A stretch of 64,000 bases of DNA from Eledone cirrhosa. Taxonomy: Eukaryota. Under the pieces are notes generated by a model, which was not told the DNA's origin, made no database searches, and saw nothing but the letters and a program-made list of their open reading frames with translations. The position numbers and the translations under genes are program-made. This document shows positions 15,771 to 31,170 of the stretch, one piece after another. Where the stretch lies: assembly GCA_964016885.1 (NCBI GenBank), contig OZ024743.1:129518001-129582000 (forward strand), given 5' to 3'. Numbering within the stretch: the first letter of the stretch is position 1; every line of letters starts with the position of its first letter.

Positions 15771-18700
15771 CCAAACACCAAGCACCAAGCACCAAACACC
15801 AAACACCAAGAACCAAAGACCAAGCCCCAAGCACCAAGCACCAAACAACAAGCACTAAGCACCAAGCACCAAACACCAAGCACCAAGCACCAAACTCCAA
15901 CCACCCAGCACCAAGCACCAAGCACCAAACACCAAGCACCAAACACCAAACACCAAACACCAAGCACCAAGCACCAAGCACCAAACACCAAGCCCCAAGC
16001 ACCAAGCACCAAACACCAAACACCAAGCACCAAGCACCAAACACCAAGCACCAAGCACCAATCACAAAGAACGAAACAACAAGCAGCAAGCAGCAAGCAC
16101 CAAACACCAAACACCAAGCACCAAACACCAAACACCAAGCACCAAGGACCCAACATCAAACACCAAGCACCAGCACCAAACACCAAACACCATGCACGAA
16201 GCACCAAGCACCAAGCACCGAACACCAAGCCCCAAACACCAAGCACCAAACACCAAGCACCAAACACCAAACACGAAGTCCCACGCACCAAGCACCAAAC
16301 ACCAAACAGCAAGCACCAAGCACCAAACACCAAGCACCAAGCACCAAGCCCCTAGCACCAAACACCAAACACCAATCACCAAGCACCAAACACCAAGCAG
16401 CAAGCAGCAAGCACCAAACACCAAAGACCAAGCAGCAAGCACCAAACACCAAACACCAAGCACCAAGCACCAAACATCAAACACCAAGCACCAAGCACCA
16501 AACACTTAACACCAAGCACCAAGCACCAAGCACCAAGCACCAAACACCAAGCACCAATCACCAAACACCAAGCACCATGCACCAAACACCAAGCACCAGG
16601 CACCAAGCACCAAACACCAAGCACCAAGCACCAAACACCAAGCACCAAGACCGAAGCACCAAACACCAAGCACCAAGCACCAAACACCAAACCCCAAGCA
16701 CCAAACACCAAACCGCAAGCACCAAGCACCAAGCACCAAGCACCAAACACCAAACACCAAGCACCAAGGACCAAACATCAAACACCAAGCACCAAGCACC
16801 AAACACCTAACACCAAGGACCAAGCACCAAGCACCAAGCACCAAACACCAAGCACCAAACACCAAGCACCAAGCACCAAACACCAAGCAACAAGCACCAA
16901 AGACCAAGCACCAAGCACCAAGCACCAAACACCAAGCACCAAGCACCAAACACCAAACCCCAAGCACCAAACACCAAACCGCAAGCACCAAGCACCAAAC
17001 ACTAATCACCAAGCACCAAGCACCAAACAACAAGCACCAAGCACCAAGCACCAGGCACCAAGCACCAAGCACCAAACACAAAAAACCAAGCACCAAGCAC
17101 CAAACAGCAAACACCAAGCATCAAACATCAAACACCAAACACCAAGCTCCAAACACCAATCACCAGGAACCAAACACCAAACACCAAGCACCAAGCACCA
17201 AGCACCAAACACCAAACACCAAGCACCAAACACCAGATACCAAGCACCAAGCACCAAACACCAAGCACCAAGCACCAAGCACCAAACACCAAACAACAAG
17301 CACCAGGCACCAAGCACCAACCACCAAACCCCAAGCACCAAACAACAAACACTAATCACCAAGCACCAAGCACCAAACACCAAGCACCAAGCACCAAGCA
17401 CCAAACACCAAGCACCAAGCACCAAACACCAAACACCAAGAACCAAAGACCAAGCACCAAGCACCAACCACCCAGCAACAAGCACCAAGCACCAAGCACC
17501 AAACACCAAGCCCCCATCACCAAACACCAACCACCCAGCACCAAGCACCAAGCACCAAACACCAAGCACCAAGCACCAAACACCAAACACCAAGAACCAA
17601 AGACCAAGCCCCAAGCACCAAGCACCAAACAACAAGCACTAAGCACCAAGCACCAAACACCAAGCACCAAGCACCAAACTCCAACCACCCAGCACCAAGC
17701 ACCAAGCACCAAACACCAAGCACCAAACACCAAACACCAAACACCAAGCACCAAGCACCAAGCACCAAACACCAAACACCAAGCACCAAGCACCAAACAC
17801 CAAGCACCAAGCACCAATCACAAAGAACGAAACAACAAGCAGCAAGCAGCAAGCACCAAACACCAAACACCAAGCACCAAACACCAAACACCAAGCACCA
17901 AGGACCCAACATCAAACACCAAGCACCAAGCACCAAACACCAAACACCAAGCACGAAGCACCAAGCACCAAGCACCGAACACCAAGCCCCAAACACCAAG
18001 CACCAAACACCAAGCACCAAACACCAAACACGAAGTCCCACGCACCAAGCACCAAACACCAAACAGCAAGCACCAAGCACCAAACACCAAGCACCAAGCA
18101 CCAAGCCCCTAGTACCAAACACCAAACACCAATCACCAAGCACCAAACACCAAGCAGCAAGCAGCAAACACCAAACACCAAACACCAAGCAGCAAGCACC
18201 AAACACCAAACACCAAGCACCAAGCACCAAACATCAAACACCAAGCACCAAGCACCAAACACTTAACACCAAGCACCAAGCACCAAGCACCAAGCACCAA
18301 ACACCAAGCACCAATCACCAAACACCAAGCACCATGCACCAAACACCAAGCACCAGGCACCAAGCACCAAACACCAAGCACCAAGCACCAAACACCAAGC
18401 ACCAAGACCGAAGCACCAAACACCAAGCACCAAACTCCAAACACCAAACACCAAACACCAAGCACCAAGCACCAACCACCAAACCCCAAGCACCAAACAA
18501 CAAACACTAATCACCAAGCACCAAGCACCAAACACCAAGCACCAAGCACCAAGCACCAAACACCAAGCACCAAGCACCAAACACCAAACACCAAGAACCA
18601 AAGACCAAGCACCAAGCACCAACCACCCAGCACCAAGCACCAAGCACCAAGCACCAAACACCAAGCACCAAGCACCAAACACCAACCACCCAGCACCAAG

Positions 18701-19370
18701 CACCAAGCACCAATCACCAAGCACCAAGCACCAAACACCAAACACCAAGAACCAAAGACCAAGCCCCAAGTACCAAGCACCAAACAACAAGCACTAAGCA
18801 CCAAGCACCAAACACCAAGCACCAAGCACCAAACTCCAACCACCCAGCACCAAGCACCAAGCACCAAACACCAAGCACCAAACACCAAACACCAAACACC
18901 AAGCACCAAGCACCAAGCACCAAACACCAAGCCACAAGCACCAAGCACCAAACACCAAACACCAAGCACCAAGCACCAAACACCAAGCACCAAGCACCAA
19001 TCACAAAGAACGAAACAACAAGCAGCAAGCAGCAAGCACCAAACACCAAACACCAAGCACCAAACACCAAACACCAAGCACCAAGGACCCAACATCAAAC
19101 ACCAAGCACCAGCACCAAACACCAAACACCAAGCACGAAGCACCAAGCACCAAGCACCGAACACCAAGCCCCAAACACCAAGCACCAAACACCAAGCACC
19201 AAACACCAAACACGAAGTCCCACGCACAAAGCACCAAACACCAAACAGCAAGCACCAAGCACCAAACACCAAGCACCAAGCACCAAGCCCCTAGCACCAA
19301 ACACCAAACACCAATCACCAAGCACCAAACACCAAGCAGCAAGCAGCAAGCACCAAACACCAAAGACCAA
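14830..19370 (+). repeat. Duplicated block ~14830-16430 / ~17770-19370 (offset 2939)
   Basis: ORF pairs 14879/17818, 15194/18133, 15572/18511 and 16062/19001. Both copies share the CACCAG 6-mer. Confidence 0.85.
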
Positions 19371-22300
19371 TCACCAAGCACCAAGCACCAAACACCAAGC
19401 ATCAAGCTCCAAACACCAAGCACCAAGACCGAAGCACCAAACACCAAGCACCAAACTCCAAACACAAAACACCAAGCACCAAGCAGCAAGCACCAAACAC
19501 CAAACACCAAGCACCAAGCACCAAACACCAAACACCAAGCACCAAGGACCAAACATCAAACACCAAGCACCAAGCACCAAACACCTAACACCAAGGACCA
19601 AGCACCAAGCACCAAGCACCAAACACCAAGCACCAAACACCAAGCACCAAGCACCAAACACCAAGCAACAAGCACCAAAGACCAAGCACCAAGCACCAAG
19701 CACCAAACACCAAGCACCAAGCACCAAACACCATACCCCAAGCACCAAACACCAAACCGCAAGCACCAAGCACCAAAAACTAATCACCAAGCACCAAGCA
19801 CCAAACAACAAGCACCAAGCACCAAGCACCAGGCACCAAGCTCCAATCACCAAACACAAAAAACCAAGCAACAAGCACCAGACAGCAAACACCAAGCATC
19901 AAACATCAAACACCAAACACCAAGCACCAAACACCAATCACCAGGAACCAAACATCAAACACCAAGCACCAAGCACCAAGCACCAAACACCAAACACCAA
20001 GCACCAAACACCAGATACCAAGCACCAAGCACCAAACACCAAGCACCAAGCACCAAGCACCAAACACCAAACAACAAGCACCAGGCACCAAGCACCAAAC
20101 ACCAAAAACCAAGCACCAAGCACCAAACACCAAACACCAAGCATGCAGCATCAAACACCAAGCACCAAGCACCAAGCACCAAACACCAAGCACCAAGCAC
20201 CAAGCACCAAGTACCAAACACCAAACACCAAGCACCAAACACCAAACACCAAGCACCAAGCACCAAGCACGAAACACCAGGCACCAAGCACCAAGCACCA
20301 AACACCAAACACCAAACAGCAAGCACTAAGCACCAAACACCAAACCACAAGCACCAGGCACCAAGCACCAAACACCAAACACCAAGCACGCAGCACCAAA
20401 CACCAAGCACCAAACACCAAGCACCAAGCACCAAGCACCAAACACCAAACACCAAATACCAAGCACCAAGTACCAAACACCAAACACCAAACAGCAAGCA
20501 CCAAGCACCAAACACCAAGCACCAAACACCAAACACGAAGCACCAATCACCAAACACTAATCACCAAGCACCAAGCACCAAACACCAAGCACCAAGCACC
20601 AAGCACCAAACACCAAGCACCAAGCACCAAGCACCAAGCACCAAACACCAAGCACCAAGCGCCAGACACCAAACCCCAAGCACCAAAGACCAAGCACCAA
20701 GCACCAAGGACCAAACACCAAGCACCAGGCACCAAGCACCAAACACCAAGCACCATGCACCAAACACCAAGCACCAAGCACCAAGCACCAAACACCAAGC
20801 ACCAATCACCAAACACTTAACACCAAGCACCAAGCACCAAGCACCATACACCAAGCACCACACACCAAACACCAAGCACCAAGTACCAAACACCAAGCAC
20901 CAAGCACCAAACACCAAGCACCAAGTACCAATCACCAAACACCAAGAACCAAGCACCAAACACCAAGCAACAAGCACCAAGTACATACACCAAGCACCAA
21001 ACACCAAGCACCAAGCACCAAGCACCAAACACCAAGCACCAAGCACCAAACACCAAACACCAAGAACCAAAGATCAAGCACCAAGCACCAACCACCCAGC
21101 ACCAAGCACCAAGCACCAAGCACCAAACACCAAGCACCAAGCACCAAACACCAACCACCCAGCACCAAGCACCAAGCACCAAACACCAAGCACCAAGCAC
21201 CAAACACCAAACACCAAGAACCAAAGACCAAGCCCCAAGTACCAAGCACCAAACAACAAGCACTAAGCACCAAGCACCAAACACCAAGCACCAAGCACCA
21301 AACTCCAACCACCCAGCACCAAGCACCAAGCACCAAACACCAAGCACCAAACACCAAACACCAAACACCAAGCACCAAGCACCAAGCACCAAACACCAAG
21401 CACCAAGCACCAAGCACCAAGTACCAAACACCAAACACCAAGCACCAAACACCAAACACCAAGCACCAAGCACCAAGCACGAAACACCAGGCACCAAGCA
21501 CCAAGCACCAAACACCAAACACCAAACAGCAAGCACTAAGCACCAAACACCAAACCACAAGCACCAGGCACCAAGCACCAAACACCAAACACCAAGCACG
21601 CAGCACCAAACACCAAGCACCAAACACCAAGCACCAAGCACCAAGCACCAAACACCAAATACCAAATACCAAGCACCAAGTACCAAACACCAAACACCAA
21701 ACAGCAAGCACCAAGCACCAAACACCAAGCACCAAACACCAAACACGAAGCACCAATCACCAAACACTAATCACCAAGCACCAAGCACCAAACACCAAGC
21801 ACCAAGCACCAAGCACCAAACACCAAGCACCAAGCACCAAGCACCAAGCACCAAACACCAAGCACCAAGCGCCAAACACCAAACCCCAAGCACCAAAGAC
21901 CAAGCACCAAGCACCAAGGACCAAACACCAAGCACCAGGCACCAAGCACCAAACACCAAGCACCATGCACCAAACACCAAGCACCAAGCACCAAGCACCA
22001 AACACCAAGCACCAATCACCAAACACTTAACACCAAGCACCAAGCACCAAGCACCATACACCAAGCACCACACACCAAACACCAAGCACCAAGTACCAAA
22101 CACCAAGCACCAAGCACCAAACACCAAGCACCAAGCACCAATCACCAAACACCAAGAACCAAGCACCAAACACCAAGCACCAAGCACCAAACACCAAACA
22201 CCGAGAACCAAAGACCAAGCCCCAAGTACCAAGCACCAAACACAAGCACTATGCACCAAGCACCAAACACAAAGCACCAAGCACCAAACTCCAACCACCC

Positions 22301-24460
22301 AGCACCAAGCACCAAGCACCAAACACCAAGCACCAAACACCAAACACCAAACACCAAGCACCAAGCACTAAGCACCAAACACCAAGCCCCAAGCACCAAG
22401 CACCAAACACCAAACACCAAGCACCAAGCACCAAACACCAAGCACCAAGCACCAATCACAAAAAACGAAACAACAAGCAGGAAGCAGCAAGCACCAAACA
22501 CCAAACACCAAGCACCAAACACCAAACACCAAGCACCAAGGAACCAACATCAAACACCAAGCACCAGCACCAAACACCAAACACCAAGCACGAAGCACCA
22601 AGCACCAAGCACCGAACACCAAGCCCCAAACACCAAGCACCAAACACCAAGCACCAAACACCAAACACGAAGTCCCACGCACCAAGCACCAAACACCAAA
22701 CAGCAAGCACCAAGCACCAAACACCAAGCACCAATCACCAAGCCCCTAGCACCAAACACCAAACACCAATCACCAAGCACCAAACACCAAGCAGCAAGCA
22801 GCAAGCACCAAACACCAAAGACCAATCACCAAGCACCAAGCACCAAACACCAAGCATCAAGCTCCAAACACCAAGCACCAAGACCGAAGCACCAAACACC
22901 AAGCACCAAACTCCAAACACAAAACACCAAGCACCAAGCAGCAAGCACCAAACACCAAACACCAAGCACCAAGCACCAAACACCAAACACCAAGCACCAA
23001 GGACCAAACATCAAACACCAAGCACCAAGCACCAAACACCTAACACCAAGGACCAAGCACCAAGCACCAAGCAACAAACACCAAGCACCAAACACCAAGC
23101 ACCAAGCACCAAACACCAAGCAACAAGCACCAAAGACCAAGCACCAAGCACCAAGCACCAAACACCAAGCACCAAGCACCAAACACCAAACCCCAAGCAC
23201 CAAACACCAAACCGCAAGCACCAAGCACCAAAAACTAATCACCAAGCACCAAGCACCAAACAACAAGCACCAAGCACCAAGCACCAGGCACCAAGCACCA
23301 ATCACCAAACACAAAAAACCAAGCAACAAGCACCAGACAGCAAACACCAAGCATCAAACATCAAACACCAAACACCAAGCACCAAACACCAATCACCAGG
23401 AACCAAACATCACACACCAAGCACCAAGCACCAAGCACCAAACACCAAACACCAAGCACCAAACACCAGATACCAAGCACCAAGCACCAAACACCAAGCA
23501 CCAAGCACCAAGCACCAAACACCAAACAACAAGCACCAGGCACCAAGCACCAAACACCAAAAACCAAGCACCAAGCACCAAACACCAAACACCAAGCATG
23601 CAGCATCAAACACCAAGCACCAAGCACCAAGCACCAAACACCAAGCACCAAGCACCAAGCACCAAGTACCAAACACCAAACACCAAGCACCAAACACCAA
23701 ACACCAAGCACCAAGCACCAAGCACGAAACACCAGGCACCAAGCACCAAGCACCAAACACCAAACACCAAACAGCAAGCACTAAGCACCAAACACCAAAC
23801 CACAAGCACCAGGCACCAAGCACCAAACACCAAACACCAAGCACGCAGCACCAAACACCAAGCACCAAACACCAAGCACCAAGCACCAAGCACCAAACAC
23901 CAAACACCAAACACCAAGCACCAAGAACCAAACACCAAACACCAAACAGCAAGCACCAAGCACCAAACACCAAGCACCAAACACCAAACACGAAGCACCA
24001 ATCACCAAACACTAATCACCAAGCACCAAGCACCAAACATCAAGCACCAAGCACCAAGCACCAAACACCAAGCACCAAGCACCAAGCACCAAGCACCAAA
24101 CACCAAGCACCAAGCGCCAAACACCAAATCCCAAGCACCAAAGACCAAGCACCAAGCACCAAGGACCAAACACCAAGCACCAGGCACCAAGCACCAAACA
24201 CCAAGCACCATGCACCAAACACCAAGCACCAAGCACCAAGCACCAAACACCAAGCACCAATCACCAAACACTTAACACCAAGCACCAAGCACCAAGCACC
24301 ATACACCAAGCACCACACACCAAACACCAAGCACCAAGTACCAAACACCAAGCACCAAGCACCAAACACCAAGCACCAAGCACCAATCACCAAACACCAA
24401 GAACCAAGCACCAAACACCAAGCAACAAGCACCAAGTACATACACCAAGCACCAAACACC
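18760..24460 (+). repeat. Duplicated block ~18760-21000 / ~22210-24460 (offset 3455) with a nested 1210-bp-offset copy (~20160-20950 / ~21370-22160)
   Basis: ORF pairs 19095/22550, 19371/22826, 19906/23361 and 20547/24002. Nested pairs 20326/21536 and 20547/21757. Confidence 0.85.
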
Positions 24461-27400
24461 AAACACCAAACACCAAGCACCAAACACCAAACACCAAGCA
24501 CCAAGCACCAAAACCCAAACACCAAGCACCAAGCACCAAACACCAAACACCAAACACCAGACACCAAGCACCAAACACCAAACACCAAACAACAATCACC
24601 AAGCACCAAACACCAAGCACCAAACACCAAACACCAAACAGCAAACCCCAAGCACCAAGCACCAAACACTAATCACCAAGCACCAAGCACCAAACAACAA
24701 GCACCAAGCACCAAGAACCAGGCACCAAGCACCAAGCACCAAACACAAAACACCAAGCACCAAGCACCAAGCAGCACACACCAAGCATCAAACACCAAAC
24801 ACCAAACACCAAACACAAAGCACTAAGCACCAAGCACCAAGCACCAAACGCCAAGCACCCAGCACCAAACACCAAACACCAAGTACCAAGCACCAAACAC
24901 CAAACACCAAGCACCAAGCACCAAACACCAAACACCAAGCACCAAACACCAGACACCAAGCACCAAACACCAAGCACCAAGCACCAAGCACCAAACACCG
25001 AACAACAAGCACCATGTACCAAGCACCAAACACCAAAAACCAAGCACCAAGCACCAAACACCAAGCCCCAATCACCAAACGCCAAACACCAAGAACCAAG
25101 CACCAAGCACCAAACACCAAACACCAAACACCAATCACCAGGAACCAAACACCAAACACCAAGCACCAAGCACCAAGCACCAAACACCAAACACCAAGCA
25201 CCAAACACCAGATACCAAGCACCAAGCACCAAACACCAAGCACCAAGCACCAAGCACCAAACACCAAACAACAAGCACCAGGCACCAAGCACCAAACACC
25301 AAAAACCAAGCACCAAGCACCAAACACCAAACACCAAGCATGCAGCATCAAACACCAAGCACCAAGCACCAAGCACCAAACACCAAGCACCAAGCACCAA
25401 GCACCAAACACCAAACACCAAACACCAAGCACCAAACACCAAACACCAAGCACCAAGCACCAAGCACGAAACACCAGGCACCAAGCACCAAGCACCAAAC
25501 ACCAAACATCAAGCACTAAGCACCAAACACCAAACCACAAGCACCAGGCACCAAGCACCAAACACCACACACCAAGCACGCAGCACCAAACACCAAGCAC
25601 CAAACACCAAGCACCAAGCACCAAGCACCAAACACCAAACACCAAACACCAAGCACCAAGAACCAAACACCAAACACCAAACAGCAAGCACCAAGCACCA
25701 AACACCAAGCACCAAACACCAAACACGAAGCACCAATCACCAAACACTAATCACCAAGCACCAAGCACCAAACACCAAGCACCAAGCACCAAGCACCAAA
25801 CACCAAGCACCAAGCACCAAGCACCAAGCACCAAACACCAAGCACCAAGCGCCAAACACCAAACCCCAAGCACCAAAGACCAAGCACCAAGCACCAAGGA
25901 CCAAACACCAAGCACCAGGCACCAAGCACCAAACACCAAGCACCATGCACCAAACACCAAGCACCAAACACCAAGCACCAAGCACCAACCACCAAACCCC
26001 AAGCACCAAACAACAAACACTAATCACCAAGCACCAAGCACCAAACACCAAGCACCAAGCACCAAGCACCAATCACCAAGCACCAAGCACCAAACACCAA
26101 ACACCAAGAACCAAAGACCAAGCACCAAGCACCAACCACCCAGCACCAAGCACCAAGCACCAAGCACCAAACACCAAGCACCAAGCACCAAACACCAACC
26201 ACCCAGCACCAAGCACCAAGCACCAAACACCAAGCACCAAGCACCAAACACCAAACACCAAGAACCAAAGACCAAGCCCCAAGTACCAAGCACCAAACAA
26301 CAAGCACTAAGCACCAAGCACCAAACACCAAGCACCAAGCACCAAACTCCAACCACCCAGCACCAAGCACCAAGCACCAAACACCAAGCACCAAACACCA
26401 AACACCAAACACCAAGCGCCAAGCACCAAGCACCAAACACCAAGCCCCAAGCTCCAAGCACCAAACACCAAACACCAAGCACCAAGCACCAAACACCAAG
26501 CACCAAGCACCAATCACAAACAACGAAACAACAAGCAGCAAGCAGCAAGCACCAAACACCAAACACCAAGCACCAAACACCAAACACCAAGCACCAAGGA
26601 CCCAACATCAAACACCAAGCACCAGCACCAAACACCAAACACCAAGCACGAAGCACCAAGCACCAAGCACCGAACACCAAGCCCCAAACACCAAGCACCA
26701 AACACCAAGCACCAAACACCAAACACGAAGTCCCACGCACCAAGCACCAAACACCAAACAGCAAGCACCAAGCACCAAACACTAAGCACCAAGCACCAAG
26801 CCCCTAGCACCAAACACCAAACACCAATCACCAAGCACCAAACACCAAGCAGCAAGCAGCAAGCACCAAACACCAAAGACCAAGCAGCAAGCACCAAACA
26901 CCAAACACCAAGCACCAAACACCAAACATCAAACACCAAGCACCAAGCACCAAACACTTGACACCAAGCACCAAGCACCAAGCACCAAGCACCAAACACC
27001 AAGCACCAATCACCAAACGCCAAGCACCATGCACCAAACACCAAGCACCAGGCACCAAGCACCAAACACCAAGCATCAAGCACCAAACACCAAGCACCAA
27101 GACCGAAGCACCAAACACCAAGCACCAAACTCCAAACACAAAACACCAAGCACCAAGCAGCAAGCACCAAACACCAAACACCAAGCACCAAGCACCAAAC
27201 ACCAAACACCAAGCACCAAGGACCAAACATCAAACACCAAGCACCAAGCACCAAACACCTAACACCAAGGACCAAGCACCAAGCACCAAGCACCAAACAC
27301 CAAGCACCAAACACCAAGCACCAAGCACCAAACACCAAGCAACAAGCACCAAAGACCAAGCACCAAGCACCAAGCACCAAACACCAAGCACCAAGCACCA

Positions 27401-30240
27401 AACACCAAACCCCAAGCACCAAACACCAAACCGCAAGCACCAAGCACCAAAAACTAATCACCAAGCACCAAGCACCAAACAACAAGCACCAAGCACCAAG
27501 CACCAGGCACCAAGCACCAATCACCAAACACAAAAAACCAAGCAACAAGCACCAGACAGCAAACACCAAGCATCAAACATCAAACACCAAACACCAAGCA
27601 CCAAACACCAATCACCAGGAACCAAACATCAAACACCAAGCACCAAGCACCAAGCACCAAACACCAAACACCAAGCACCAAACACCAGATACCAAGCACC
27701 AAGCACCAAACACCAAGCACCAAGCACCAAGCACCAAACACCAAACAACAAGCACCAGGCACCAAGCACCAAACACCAAAAACCAAGCACCAAGCACCAA
27801 ACACCAAACACCAAGCATGCAGCATCAAACACCAAGCACCAAGCACCAAGCACCAAACACCAAGCACCAAGCACCAAGCACCAAGTACCAAACACCAAAC
27901 ACCAAGCACCAAACACCAAACACCAAGCACCAAGCACCAAGCACGAAACACCAGGCACCAAGCACCAAGCACCAAAGACCAAACAGCAAGCACTAAGCAC
28001 CAAACACCAAACCACAAGCACCAGGCACCAAGCACCAAACACCAAACACCAAGCACGCAGCACCAAACACCAAGCACCAAACACGAAGCACCAAGCACCA
28101 AGCACCAAGCACCAAACACCAAACACCAAACACCAAGCACCAAGAACCAAACACCAAACACCAAACAGCAAGCACCAAGCACCAAACACCAAGCACCAAA
28201 CACCAAACACGAAGCACCAATCACCAAACACTAATCACCAAGCACCAAGCACCAAACACCAAGCACCAAGCACCAAGCACCAAACACCAAGCACCAAGCA
28301 CCAAGCACCAAGCACCAAACACCAAGCACCAAGCGCCAAACACCAAACCCCAAGCACCAAAGACCAAGCACCAAGCACCAAGGACCAAACACCAAGCACC
28401 AGGCACAAAGCACCAAACACCAAGCACCATGCACCAAACACCAAGCACCAAGCACCAAGCACCAAACACCAAGCACCAATCACCAAACACTTAACACCAA
28501 GCACCAAGCACCAAGCACCATACACCAAGCACCACACACCAAACACCAAGCACCAAGTACCAAACACCAAGCACCAAGCACCAAACACCAAGCACCAAGC
28601 ACCAATCACCAAACACCAAGAACCAAGCACCAAACACCAAGCAACAAGCACCAAGTACATACACCAAGCACCAAACACCAAACACAAAACACCAAGCACC
28701 AAGCACCAAGCACCAAACACCAAGCACCAAACACCAAACACCAAGCACCAAACACCAAACACCAAGCACCAAGCACCAAAACCCAAACACCAAGCACCAA
28801 GCACCAAACACCAAACACCAAACACCAGACACCAAGCACCAAACACCAAACACCAAACACCAATCACCAAGCACCAAACACCAAGCACCAAACACCAAAC
28901 ACCAAACAGCAAACCCCAAGCACCAAGCACCAAACACTAATCACCAAGCACCAAGCACCAAACAACAAGCACCAAGCACCAAGAACCAGGCACCAAGCAC
29001 CAAGCACCAAACACAAAACACCAAGCATCAAGCACCAAGCAGCACACACCAAGCATCAAACACCAAACACCAAACACCAAACACCAAGCACTAAGCACCA
29101 AGCACCAAGCACCAAACGCCAAGCACCCAGCACCAAACACCAAACACCAAGTACCAAGCACCAAACACCAAACACCAAGCACCAAGCACCAAACACCAAA
29201 CACCAAGCACCAAACACCAGACACCAAGCACCAAACACCAAGCACCAAGCACCAAGCACCAAACACCGAACAACAAGCACCAGGTACCAAGCACCAAACA
29301 CCAAAAACCAAGCACCAAGCACCAAACACCAAGCCCCAATCACCAAACGCCAAACACCAAGAACCAAGCACCAAGCACCAAACACCAAACACCAAACACC
29401 AATCACCAGGAACCAAACACCAAACACCAAGCACCAAGCACCAAGCACCAAACACCAAACACCAAGCACCAAACACCAGATACCAAGCACCAAGCACCAA
29501 ACACCAAGCACCAAGCACCAAGCACCAAACACCAAACAACAAGCACCAGGCACCAAGCACCAAACACCAAAAACCAAGCACCAAGCACCAAACACCAAAC
29601 ACCAAGCATGCAGCATCAAACACCAAGCACCAAGCACCAAGCACCAAACACCAAGCACCAAGCACCAAGCACCAAACACCAAACACCAAACACCAAGCAC
29701 CAAACACCAAACACCAAGCACCAAGCACCAAGCACGAAACACCAGGCACCAAGCACCAAGCACCAAACACCAAACAGCAAGCACTAACCACCAAACACCA
29801 AACCACAAGCACCAGGCACCAAGCACCAAACACCAAACACCAAGCACGCAGCACCAAACACCAAGCACCAAACACCAAGCACCAAGCACCAAGCACCAAA
29901 CACCAAACACCAAACACCAAGCACCAAGAACCAAACACCAAACACCAAACAGCAAGCACCAAGCACCAAACACCAAGCACCAAACACCAAACACGAAGCA
30001 CCAATCACCAAACACTAATCACCAAGCACCAAGCACCAAACACCAAGCACCAAACACCAAGCACCAAGCACCAAGCACCAAACACCAAGCACCAAGCACC
30101 AAGCACCAAGCACCAAACACCAAGCACCAAGCGCCAAACACCAAACCCCAAGCACCAAAGACCAAGCACCAAGCACCAAGGACCAAACACCAAGCACCAG
30201 GCACCAAGCACCAAACACCAAGCACCATGCACCAAACACC
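22860..30240 (+). repeat. Duplicated block ~22860-25950 / ~27080-30240 (offset 4219 shifting to 4268)
   Basis: ORF pairs 22857/27076, 23393/27612 and 24002/28221 (4219), then 24596/28864, 24788/29056 and 25135/29403 (4268, i.e. +7 heptamers). Confidence 0.85.
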
Positions 30241-31170
30241 AAGCACCAAGCACCAAGCACCAAACACCAAGCACCAATCACCAAACACTTAACACCAAGC
30301 ACCAAGCACCAAGCACCATACACCAAGCACCAAACACCAAACACCAAGCACCAAGTACCAAACAACAAGCACCAAGCACCAAACACCAAGCACCAAGCAC
30401 CAATCACCAAACACCAAGAACCAAGCACCAAACACCAAGCAACAAGCACCAAGTACATACACCAAGCACCAAACACCAAACACAAAACACCAAGCACCAA
30501 GCACCAAGCACCAAACACCAAGCACCAAACACCAAACACCAAGCACCAAACACCAAACACCAAGCACCAAGCACCAAAACCTAAACACCAAGCACCAAGC
30601 ACCAAACACCAAACACCAAACACCAGACACCAAGCACCAAACACCAAACACCAAACACCAATCACCAAGCACCAAACACCAAGCACCAAACACCAAACAC
30701 CAAACAGCAAACCCCAAGCACCAAGCACCAAACACTAATCACCAAGCACCAAGCACCAAACAACAAGCACCAAGCACCAAGAACCAGGCACCAAGCACCA
30801 AGCACCAAACACAAAACACCAAGCACCAAGCACCAAGCAGCACACACCAAGCATCAAACACCAAACACCAAACACCAAACACCAAGCACTAAGCACCAAG
30901 CACCAAGCACCAAACGCCAAGCACCCAGCACCAAACACCAAACACCAAGTACCAAGCACCAAACACCATACACCAAGCACCAAGCACCAAACACCAAACA
31001 CCAAGCACCAAACACCAGACACCAATCACCAAACACCAAGCACCAAGCACCAAGCACCAAACACCAAACAACAAGCACCAGGTACCAAGCACCAAACACC
31101 AAAAACCAAGCACCAAGCACCAAACACCAAGCCCCAATCACCAAACGCCAAACACCAAGAACCAAGCACC
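28230..31170 (+). repeat. Duplicated block ~28230-29370 / ~30020-31170 (offset 1798)
   Basis: ORF pairs 28491/30289, 28864/30662 and 29091/30889. Confidence 0.8.
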